Origin: Sphagnum compactum
Taxonomy: Eukaryota
Length of the DNA stretch: 64,000 bases
Reading direction: 5' to 3'
NCBI GenBank assembly: GCA_965153455.1
Contig: OZ234494.1
Span: forward strand, 7,564,001 to 7,628,000
Shown piece after piece: positions 24,599-36,420 of this stretch; within the stretch, counting starts at the first letter, position 1; each line of letters starts with the position of its first letter. A program made the position numbers and the translations under genes. A model generated the notes under the pieces. The model made no database searches. It was given only the letters and a program-made list of their open reading frames with translations, and had not been told where the DNA came from.

Positions 24599-26054
24599 TC
24601 ATGCTATGTTAGAAGCAATGCGGACGAACCAAGGTATTATGAAGATCGCAACAAGAGTTGCAAACAAGGAGTTGTGCACCGCCTTGCACTGCCACAATAT
24701 TTGTCATAACTTGGACACAAGCCTGCCAGTTCTCAGTCCCCGTACGGTTTCAACCGTGACCCCATCCACTAGTTATGCTCACGATGGAGCGTTAGTGACA
24801 CGCCCTTTCTTGCTTGTTGCCTTAAGCTTCTCACGCCTCACAAAGCTCCTCTCATGTCGATTCCTTGAGCTCCTAGCTACCTGCACATTCCACGGCACAC
24901 TTGGTTAGTCCCAAAGTCCCGACCGCTTAGGACAGACTTAGACTCGTTGCTTAGACTCATTAGACCCTGCTGTCGAAGCTAAGTTTTAGTCTAACCTCGA
25001 GCCGGCCGAGGCCTGATACCTAGAGTCTGTCCACATGGCCGTAAGTTGAATCAGCCTTAGGCTGACTCGACTTAGTCTAAAGGACTTAAATCGAGACGAC
25101 TCAAGTCATCCCGAGGTCAACCCTCTTTCGATGGCCTCGAAACTTTAAAAGGACAACTCCTAATCGTCTCAAACACTTTATCGAGCTCGCCCTTTTGAAC
25201 GACCCAATATAACACTTATTCATCTGTTGAAGATTTTAAGGGGACAGTGTCTCGCACTATAGTCTGAAAAACAACCCCAGTCGTCTTTTTTGACCAGCGA
25301 AAGCTCAAACTCTCGCCTTAGCCCATCTGGACCCCGAGATCTAGACACGAAACCATTTCTGGCGTAACTCTCATATCGCATTAGTGCCCCCACTAAGGTG
25401 GTCAGGATATGAGGTTCGCATCTGCTTATGACACTCCTTTGAGCGGAAGGGCATGTCAGCCAGTCTCCAGCCCTTTGCCCACATTCTGTACCGTGTCGCC
25501 ATAGATCTGGCATATGCGGTTACTCGAAACTTGAACCACTTCTCCACGCACTGACAATGACGAGTCTGCTTGCTCGCACATGCAAGCTCCATTGGCTATC
25601 CGGCTCCTACGGCATTCAGACCTCTGTGGCAGATACGACATATCTTATCGCCATCGCCCTCATGCTCGCCTGCATCCGCACCCAGTTAGTCCATGGACCT
25701 TTCCGCGCACGGTTGTTAAATCACCCATCTCGATGTCGGGATCCAAAAGGATAGCGGCTCCATCTGCTTATACGACGGATCGTCAAGGGAGATACCAATC
25801 ATGTATGCGACTCTTGCAGCTTGTGAAACCCGGTAACGCTGATGTACATTCCCAGGATTTTCTACATTGTCACAACGCTCAGCACTGGTCTCAGAGTTTT
25901 CCTCGCTCTCTTCAAGTCTATCCAAGGTGCTCGATTCCTGGTCCCCAACACTGCCACCATCTGCATCGACTCTAGCCCTCTGCGACACCTCCGCAGCTAG
26001 GTTCCCAGAGATCCAGTCTTTTGCAGGAATGTCCATCGGCCTTCTGACGAACAT
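24599..26054 (-). pseudogene. RING-CH (RINGv/MARCH-type) E3 ubiquitin ligase pseudogene interrupted by a solo LTR
   Basis: Minus-strand frames give an acidic N-region (ORF 25716-26054), then GDKICRICHRGLNAVGAG*PMELACASKQTRHCQCVEKWFKFR/NRICQIYGDTVQNV (~25650-25477). After the LTR comes LWQCKAVHNSLFATLVAIFIIPWFVRIASNIA* (stop 24601-24599), the TM tail typical of this plant family. The 5' limit is uncertain. Confidence 0.82.
24796..25458 (-). mobile_element. Solo LTR (663 bp) of the same family as the 8579-11028 chromovirus
   Basis: TGACACGCCC...GGGCATGTCA termini. Internal blocks (ttagcccatctggacccc, ttagtgcccccactaaggtggtc) are shared with 9110-9225 and 10858-10970. Degenerate TSD GTTAG (24791-24795) / GCCAG (25459-25463). 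Confidence 0.85.
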
Positions 26055-29000
26055 AATCCGTGAGTCTCAAAACCACGCGGGTGCCGTGTTGATGGAAAGG
26101 AGCTCTGGGCTAGGCCTACATCAGTTCCAGGTCCTGCATCGCAGCAGCCATGGCCCACAGCTGTATTTGTTATGGCATTGCACGTGCCAGTTCTTGAGTA
26201 ATTTCCATCACCTTTGCAACGCATTTCTGTGTGCCGCAACAAAAGGGAACTGTCTTCATTTACATACACAAGACTTCTGTTTCCTAAATGTATTAGAGGC
26301 TGCTATTCGTTGAATAGCCACCGAAACCGGTTCAATGCAGACAAACTAGTTCAGAACCTGCTAGAGCAACCAAGATCCCGTGGACACCCGGATCAACGCG
26401 GATCAAGACCACATTCCTCACAAAGCTAAACTAGTGCTACAATAACACAGACTCACAATAATATCCTGCGGGCGGCTTGGCTTTTGCAGGCGATCAGAAT
26501 TTGTGGGATGAGTTCTGCAGAAGCTCCGTCGAAGGGTCAATTCGAAAAGGCTTTTTACTCTAGCTTGCGGTTCCTAAATGAGTTTGCCCACTAACGTTCT
26601 ATTTGCAGTTGAAGCTCCAACTACGGCAAGAAATTCGAGCCAACTTTAGAAAGAAGTACTCATTGACCTTTCTTGACCCGGGGAGGCAAAATTGTTTCCC
26701 ATTCTTTTTCTTTGGCTCTTCCAAGTTCCAGGAAAGGAGATCCGAGCGACAACGATTTAGTTTTCATTTGGTGCCACATTTTAACGCATTTAACCAGGTG
26801 TTAATTTGAACCGTGACTTCATTTAAGAACTTCATGCTACGTTTCCTATTTTAACTGCTGCTGGTTTGAAGTTTGTTCTTGCCATCAATTACAGAGCAAA
26901 AAGGTTATTTTTCCCCCCAAAATTGTCTTGGTAGCACAAGATGTGGTCATCCTTCCATTTACTGGCTAGCTACTGAAACCTTGATGTAGAATCTGGCCGA
27001 TTGTTGCCCCCCCCCCGGTCCCCCCAGGGTCCAAATTTGACGATCAGAAACCCAGAAAAGCACTCATTTGTGGCATTTTTGAAAAACAAATTGGCGTTGA
27101 ATACGATATTCCGCACAAAAGAATTTGGCAGGACTGCAGAGCCATTCTTCGATGACGAGCAGATCTAGTTTATGACTGCCACAACATATATCTTAGTACT
27201 GCTTTTAGTGTAGGCTACCATGTTCGGAGGAAAATCCGCAAGGTGCATCGGCGATGTGTTGCTGTTGGTGGGAACTGTGGACTGGAGAGTGGACAGAGTG
27301 GAAGGAGGTAGGAAACAAGGAAGCGTACAAAGGCAGACTCTGTTTCTCAGCTCAAGCAACAATCTTTTTCCTCCTAGGTCCAACCTTTTTCTCCGATTAT
27401 TTTGGTGTGTTTTGGAGCTGATCGTTTCGTAAAGCTTTAGTGTTGCGATTTTTTTTCCCTATTGTTGCGGTCATTGCAACGAATGCGAGCCTTCTTCCTC
27501 TTTCATCTTCAACTTTTTCTCGTATTATGTGTCTCTTGGTTTGTTTTGCAGTAACTACTTCAATGCAAAATTCTCTAGCTGGAAAGGGCCCATTTCCGCC
27601 AAATATTCGGCAGCTGCCTGCGGTACGGTAAGTCATATTACCCACTGAATTTGTTTCATCCTATCAAACTTTCAAACGTTTCCGCTCGAGGATTTCATGA
27701 CAGGGGGTATTATGGGGACAGCAAGTCTACCATTGGTCGTGTTGGTTTTAGTCAATCTAAGAGATATTGGTTGGAAGGACTACATGCAGATTGCAAATGG
27801 AGAAACCTAGTTCTGGCGCTCCACTAGGGACATATGTTTCATCCAAATTGTCCCAGAACACCGCAATTGAGATAGTTAATGGTTATTCTTTATTCACAAG
27901 CTTACAGTGCCCAGATGGCTAATTAGCTTTCTTGTTCTCAATCATCCGTTTGATAACACTGTGAACAGTCCACATGAAGGCATCGATTCCCAAGTATGAG
28001 TGATGTTTAGTGTTGTTGAAGATGGCCAAGCTCAATCTAAGTAGCAAGACAACAAACTCATTTAAGAAGATGAAACCAGCTCTAACAAATAGATGGCTCA
28101 GGTGGCGAACAAGTCTGGCGGAACTGATGAAGAAGATGGATGTGGTGAAACAAGAGTAGACAGATAGGATTCAAGTGTATTTTTACCATTCGCTATTTCA
28201 TTTGTAATGTGAAATTTTGGATGTTGAATAAAAACATAGATTCTTGGTAAGTTCTGTAATCTGAAAATTGTGTGTGGTGAGAGATTTGCCAAGATGTAGG
28301 ATGCTTGCTACTGCAATACACATGGAGAAGGTGCTTGGTGAGACCTTATGAACCCTTGAGTAAAGAGTGAGAAGCTTGAATGATTATGTTGCGGGAATTT
28401 GCTATGTGTAAGCATGTGCAACATGGATTAATATTTTTAATGAGAAGGCATAATCTTGTTTAGATTATTTTGGTATGGAGCTTGTTGTTTAACCAAGCAT
28501 ACAATTTGACAAATAGACGAACATTCTTGTGCAAGTTTCACAAAATGTGGACATGGTTATAAGGTGTCAAGTGTGGAATGCTTTGTATGGTGCATAACTT
28601 TAAATATGGCGTGGGTTTTGAAATGTCACATGACATGTTACGGACAAATGCTATGATGTGTCCTAAAAGAACATTATAAGGGGACACATTCTGGAGGATT
28701 CAAATTCACCCTTTGCCCCCAACCTTCAACCCTAAAACAAAAAAATGAGTATATTTTATTCATACCATTAACACACTTCATTGGATGCCCAAAAAATACT
28801 TTCCTAATCATTTTCAACATTCCTTTTGGCCTAGACTAATGTTAGGGGCAATATTGTTGGCCAATTTTATATAAACATCAAGGGGCATTGGGGGTTGGGG
28901 AGGGGGGTTTGCTTTTGGGGTTTTGTTGGGTCTTCTATTCTTTGAAGGTTAACCTCAGAATTATTGTTGGGTCTTTTGACATTCAAGGAGAGATGTTAGG

Positions 29001-32000
29001 CATGATGAATTTCATGAAGGAGAGGTGTGTTTAGACTATGTGCTTTATAGGGAGGAACGACTATTTCAAGACTTCACCTCTATATGGTATGTAGGATTTA
29101 CAATTCTAACAAGCCTGTAGTTTTGAACAAACTAATCACAAAATGTTTGGGCTAGGATGATATGAATAATGCTCCATCAAGACATTAATGTGTGCATTGG
29201 AAACTGTTGAAGGGAGTTGGCATGAACTCATAAACTAGCATGATTGGGTATTGTTTGAAAAACCAATGGTGAAACATTTTGAATTTTGTCATATGAATGT
29301 TAGTTCTCAAAAACTGCAAGAGGGAGTTGATGAATATGTCAAATATGAAGCTTGCTTTTGCAAAATCAAAGTTTGTTTGACACAACTTCATGGAAAAAAC
29401 TGCATGATGATGCATGATGCCCATGAAAATGCATGATGATGCCTTGAGCTATGGAATTAAATGATATTACAAGAAAATTTTATGAACACATAAACCTTGG
29501 TTTTAGGTTGAAAAAAATAAGAATAGAACTTGCCTGACTATTTGGAAGAATTGAGGAAAGGATGCCATCATTTTCACAGTCTGATTAGCAACAATCATCT
29601 AGTTAGCATATGTGAATGTTTTTCAAAAGAACCCATGTTCATCCCTATTCACATTAAAAAAAGTTAGTTTGAATCATTCTTTTTGAATTGCATAATCTGT
29701 GTTAGATACTATAAATAAAACTTGTCTTTTACATAACGATGCATGAAATTTGTATAAAGTTTTAAGTTTTCACTTAGATCCCTATATCATGTGTAAAGGT
29801 TTAATTATGTAATTTAAAATTGTCATTTGCATGAGTTCGCATGCATATTTTCTTTTCACTTACATCACTAGACCATGTGGACAGTTTCCATTTTACAAAT
29901 GTGAGTTTTTGTTTTGGGTGGTGAACTGATCAAAGATGTCAACCACCAAAAGGAAAAGATGGTGGTTCAAGATGTCATTGATCCCTTTTGTGGTGATTTT
30001 TGCAGTTGTTTGACCTGAAAAATCTGCTTTTGACTGATATGAAGGGTTTGAGAAAAGGCCCAAATTTGGCAGATTTTGTGTAAAAAAAAGAAATTGAAAG
30101 ATTTAAATTGCAATATATAGATTCCAGTAGCAAACCCAAAATATAGAAGGGTTTTTTTGACACTCATATCTAGTTATAGCCAAAATCTGGCTACCTTCTA
30201 ATTTATGATGGCCACTTCAGCTACATCACAAAATTGAGAATAAAAAAATGCTGTGTGGAGTTAGATTTTCTTACTGTACTGCAGTCATAATCAGTGTTTT
30301 CTGTTTTTGGGAAAATTTTACACCACAGCAACCAAAAGAGTCCAGTGCGAAGAGAACAAAGGAGTTTTTGATTAGAAAAGCGTCAAAGTCACCACATTTT
30401 CAGGGAAACAATTCTGATGCCTCCCTAAATAGACAATAGGTTCCTGGATGTCATCAAAACAAAGTAGGATTCTAAAATAAAATTCTACTTTCCTGTTTGA
30501 CCTCTACCCAAATTTGGTTCATTCCTCTTGCAGATGATTGCCAGTCCACCTACCTCACAAAATTAAAAAATAAAACTGTGGTCATAATCCCCTAGAGTAG
30601 GGTAAACATGCCCCTCACTGAACATCACCTGGTGACCGAGCACCTCTCTTGTGCAGATCAACATTGATGAATGAACGCACTCATTTTCAAAAGTGTTTTA
30701 AAATGACCTTACGACCGGATGGCCAGTCTTGAAAAAATGTGTTCAACCTTTTTACATTTTACACGTGAACACTTGATTTTAATGCTCAATTTTGGGTGTG
30801 GGAAAGTACACTTTAAAAACAATTGTGTGCAGTTTTGGGTGTGGGTAAATACATTTTTAAAAAAAATGGCACACTATTATGTGTAGTGTGTGTGGTTTTG
30901 TGATAGGAGAGGACCAGCACATTGGAATGTGTTGATAATGTTCCTCTTAGGGGTGGTTCACCCCATTTTCACAAAACGAAATTCAAAGAAGGAAAAAGAT
31001 GGGTTGGTTAAGGGGTGGGACCAATGCTTTCTCATGTACAAAATAAAACAATACTAGGGTTATAATGTTTGGTTTTGGGGTGGGATCCAAAGAGTTTCAC
31101 AAAACAAATGAAATCAAAGAGCAATTTAACTTAATGCTTGGATATGGGGGTTTAGCCTCACATTGAAGAGTAACAAATTGCCCATCAATCAACCCTAAAC
31201 CTCTGCAAAGATACAATGCATAAGGATCAACAAATGACATGAGACTTTTGAAGAGTCTAAAGAGGCACATTTATTAGTCCCCTAAAAAAAAGTTCGTGAA
31301 GATTCCTATTATGCAAAAGGAGTTTGCATTCCCTCCAAAAACAACTTAGCACAAATCAAAATATGAACTTAACCAAGGCTTACATCATTTTCTACCAAAC
31401 AATCTTCCTTTAAATATGTCTTTTTTATGAGCCCATGTAGAAAAGCAACAACTTCGTGCTGAATTTCTAGGTCCTAGTGCTAAAGTTTTAGGAAATGCAA
31501 ATCTACCATTGAAATTAAAGAATGAGAGTTCAATTTTGAAGGTTTACTTGCAAAATTCAGGTTTGAGATAAAAAGAAGAGCAATAAGTAATTTCAAAAGT
31601 AAATTTGAAGAGACAAATTTGCAAGTGAAAGTAAAGTGCCAAGTAGATGAACAAAACCAAGGTTCAAAAGTAGATATGCAAACAATAAATCTCAATGTCA
31701 AAGTAGAGCTTGTAAAAGAAACATCGACATTAGAATTCTAGATAGAAATTGTAGATCAGATTTACAATCAAAAGTTCAAGAAGTATTTGGATTACTTTGG
31801 ATCCAAAAATCCATGGTTCAAAATGTTGCATCAAGGACCTTCAAGAGAGCTAAGGATTAACTAAGTCATATCAATCGCTCTTATATCTTTCTTCCAATTG
31901 CATGCACATCAACACAAGACATTGATTTAGTATGGGATGATTTTTCAGAATTCTAGAATCTAATTTATTTTAGTGTAACATTCCTAAAACATGCCATAGC

Positions 32001-32299
32001 AAGATTCCTAGATTTATTACACTTTTTGGATTCTTGGGTTGTTTATAGGAAAGAGAAAGGGATACCTTTGGTTGGGCCATAATGCATTCCACCAAGTTGT
32101 TAGAGGCTAAGATTAGGAAGTTCAAAATAATCATGAACTTGACAATCCTTTGAATAGGCAACGAACAACACTTTGGATTTGCAAATAATGAACAAGGATA
32201 ATCTACCCCTGCAACAAACAAAAAAAATTGTCCACCTATTCTTGAGCCACAAAACAAAAGATCAACATAACTGAATCAAGTGGCTTGAACAACAAAAAG

Positions 32300-33480
32300 A
32301 GGCATGTGGAATAAGCAATGGATGTTTTTGAGAATGGGACATATTCCTTACGGAGGGCCAATAGGGCATGGAACATTCCAATGAATTCCATTTTGGACCA
32401 CTTGAATGGAAAAACCAAATCAAGGTAGATGAGGTGAGGAGGTACATCCTTACTAAAGAAGAAGAGGTAGCAATGATTACATAGACATTAGCTATGGGTG
32501 AATGTGGACTATCCATAAGCCCACAACAACTAAAGATGAAAATTGCAAAGCTAACATAAACAAGGGCTACATCGTTTTGGAATGGAATACCTAGCAATAG
32601 TTGGTGGTACTAGTACAAATGTAAACACCCAGAAATTAATATTAGATAAGCAAAAGGATTAAAGGTTTGCAGAACATAGGGGCTGACACCCAACTCTTGC
32701 AACTCTTTCTACAACAATTTACAAACATTGTACAACCAACACAACTACTGTCTAGATCATATATGGAATTTTGATGAAACAAGAATTCAAGCTAGTAAAT
32801 AGTTTGGAACAAGAGTGTTGGCTAGGAGAGGATCCAAGTTTTGGGAATAGTTAATTATAAATTGTGCAATCAATGTTGTAAGAAGTATTCTGCTTGGTTT
32901 CTACATCTTTAAAGGCAAAAGGCTACAAGATGACTACATTAAACTCTACAAACTAGGTACATGTATGGCCATGCAAAAAAGAGCTTGGATGACTGCTTTC
33001 CTATTTAAGGAATTTCTATCTTTCTTTAAGAGGTCAATTCTAGGTGGGGTTTCACTCACCAATAGACACTTGTTAATTTTAGATGGACATGGCAGCCATG
33101 TCACCCTAAAAGCAATACAACATGCCAAAGATATTGGGTTAAACATGATCACACTACCATTTCACACATCACATGCATTGTAACCATTATATGTTTCTTG
33201 TTTCAAGCCTTTTAAAACAACATTCAGAAAGGTTAAGGATGCTGCTTTGTTTGGATCAATCATCAGGAACCAAACAAGATAACCCTAGCTGGTTGGGTGG
33301 ATCAAGCTTTAAAGTAATCGTTGACCAAAAAAAACATTAAGTTTGGGTTTAGAAATTATAGGTATATGGCCTATTAACCCAAAGGCAATGGATAACAAGA
33401 CTAGACCATTAGAGGTTTACATTGTAGCAATAAAAATCAACAATGCAAAAAGTGAAGAAGATTATACAATAGAGGAAGAA
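32300..33480 (+). mobile_element. Degenerate pogo/Tigger-like (Tc1/mariner superfamily, DDE_1) transposase
   Basis: HTH-psq-like AMDVFENGTYSLRRANRAWNIP; CENP-B-like LTKEEE...GIPSNSWW; catalytic IWNFDET (32773), LILDGHGSH (33082) and LPFHTSHAL*PLY, where the third Asp is mutated. Multiple stops. Possible C-terminal remnants continue to ~34330. Confidence 0.88.
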
Positions 33481-35599
33481 ATTTTTCCATATGTTCAAAT
33501 TTTTCAATGTTTACTAAATTTTTCAAAATAATTGATTAGATGAAGTCTAAAGCTAATTAAATATAATTAAAACAAGCCAAAAAACCAAGATGTGACGTCC
33601 ATACATTACCAAAAAATTTAATTGCAAAAAATCATACATGTGACTAAATGGTTTAGTGTGCTTTCACCCATATGCCCCATAGCCCTATAGTGAGAGAATA
33701 ATATCCAGAAGAGAATACTATTGTAAACCTTGATGAGGGAAGCCCTGAAGGTAATCTTGAGGAAATTTAGCAATCTCCAAATTTGATTCAAGAATCCATG
33801 AGGATGCATAACCTCTTGTTGCTACCTCATTTACTTGCAAGACGCACAAAAGGAAAAGAACCCTTAGTTAATTGTTCATAGTCACATGTTATGACTACTT
33901 TTGAATATTTGGATATCCTAAGGAAAAAATCAATGGAAAAGGTAGTTGCATAGGAAATCAGGGAAGGCAAATGAAAGGAGAAGGAAAAAAAGTGAGCCAA
34001 ATGAACAACAAAATTGGGTTTTGTAACAGATTGAGCAGCTCGAAAATGTGTAAAGAAATGTGCTAGAATAGAGTTCATTATAATTTAAACTCCAATAGTT
34101 GTAGTTGAGGTGGGTGATTACTTTCACCAGAAATTTCAGGCAGGTCTACATGTAGATCCATAGAAGTATAGGGGGGTAAATCTAGGGATTCAATAACATG
34201 CAAGGCTGCAAGCACAAATTAGGCAATAAACAAGAAGGTGTTTTGTAGCAAGGCTACAACCTTTAATGACTAAGGAAGAAGCAAGGAATTGGTTAGCACT
34301 AGAACCAACATAAGGGTACAATCATATGGGTCCAAACAACATATAACAAGCCAATGTGTTTACTTTGAATTTAAGACTATCGTCTTTTTTGGAGTCCTTT
34401 TTCCCAAAAAACGTGTTTTCCTCGAGAAGAATTTTCAAATGAAATGTTTTGAAACTTTTTATATCTTGCATTTATAATTTCTTCAATATGTCATTTTTTT
34501 TTACAATCAAATTTGGAGAAATATGAATATTTGAAAATTCACAAATTTTGCTAGATTTTATGTTTCGTCTTAAATTTTTTTCATAATTTCAAATCATACC
34601 AAAACATGTTAACACTTTTAAGTTTAATTTTTTATGTTATAACCTACAAGTTTTCTTTAAACAACATATACATTGCATCACATTTACATGTTGAAAATGA
34701 TTCATGAACTTTTTTTAAACCTTAATTTTTTATAAACACAAAATTGAAAAAATATGAAAATTTGAGTGCTTTTAGATTTGTCTAATAGTACCTTGTTACT
34801 ATAAAAAAATTAAAGATGAAATAAATTGTATTATGAAAATTAAGAGGCCCTTTATGAAAGTAGTGTCATTGAATGAAGTTGTTAAACATCCTTTAGGGTG
34901 AAAATCCTTTAAGGTGTAGCACACAAGACAAAAGGGCCCAATCTTTACTACAATTATTTTTACTTTATATTTTGATCCCCATAAAAAATAATGAATCAAA
35001 AGTTATCAAAATTTTAGAAGGAGTATATTCTAAACTATTACAATTTTAGATTATTTCATAATCATCCATAAATGTGTTTTTACATGGTAAAAAAAAAAGT
35101 AAAAAAGACAGAAAAAGGTAATGTTGTGACAAGATTTTGGTACACCTTAAAAAACTTTCATTCTTTATTCAAACCAAACTTTGATATTGGAATTTTGTTT
35201 GATTCATTTTAGATTTTTCAATATCCATATTATTCAATAAGCAGAAGTTTCCATGATTCACATGCCATTAAAGTGACACCACATAGACAAATGTAGCAGG
35301 AATTATAGAAAAGTTGATGTTTTGACATTAATTTTGGCTCGTTTGAGTTCATATGCACCCATATAGATGACTAATACCAAAAGAAAATAAAACAACCTTA
35401 AGAGGATAAGCTACAACAATTAAAAAAATCAATCAAAGAAAAAGAAAACCAATAATAACATCAAAGAGGATCAATCAACTACCAAGGACTAGCTACAACA
35501 CCAAAGATGATCAAAAGAGACAAAAATTACAATAGTCGGCTAAGATCGAGGAAGAAGAGAGACAACCCGACGTTAATTAAGGAAAAACATGACCAGAGG

Positions 35600-36420
35600 T
35601 TAATCAAGGAAAGAGGACCAAGCACTGGGAGAGGAGAGGGAGGACTAGACACAGAGAGGATTGAATGGAGAGGACTGGGTTCAAAGGACCAGGACTTGAG
35701 AGAAGACCAGACGTGAAAGGATCGAAAGAGAGAGAGAGGACCAAATGCTTAGAGAGAATAAACTCATGACTAGGTGCATAAAGTTGAGAGAGAGGATCAA
35801 ATGTTAAGAGACGAAACAGAAGACCGGGCATGTGTGGAGAGGATCAAGAGAATTGGTGCTAAGAAATAGGAAATAGAGGACTACGCATGCATAGGAGATA
35901 GAGGACCAAACATTTGTAGAAAGAATTGAGGACATTAGGCATGCATAGAGAGCATGCAAAGAGGATTAAGAGCACTAGGCACGTGCGAAGAGGATTGAAA
36001 GCACTAGGCACATGCAAAGAGTGCGTAGCAAGGATCGACAACACCTAACACACATAGAATGTGCGTAACAAGGATCAACAACATTTAACGTGCATAGAGA
36101 GCATGCAATGAGAATTGAGAGCACCTAACATGCATAGAAGCGCACATAGAGTGCGCACAATGAAAATTGAGAACACTTAACATGTATTGAAACGTGCATA
36201 GAGTGCGTGCAATGAGGATTGAAACACATAGCATGCATAAATGCATGAAAAGGATTAAGAACACAAGGCAATGAGATGATTTAAAGGACCAAGCACAAGT
36301 GAAAGGATATGGAAGACTAGGAATGAATGAGAGGAGATGGATTAACTTTGAGAGAGAGAGAAGGTGCAAAGAGAGAAGAGCTCACAACATGGGAGTAGGC
36401 ACTTGCTCTTAAAAAAAACC
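35600..36420 (+). repeat. Purine-rich degenerate tandem repeats (GCATGCATAGAGAG...AGGATTGAGAGCAC, ~30-40 bp), likely retroelement-derived
   Basis: Recurrent gcatag/aggatt/gcact motifs at 35880-36300 within a GA-rich tract. Confidence 0.55.
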
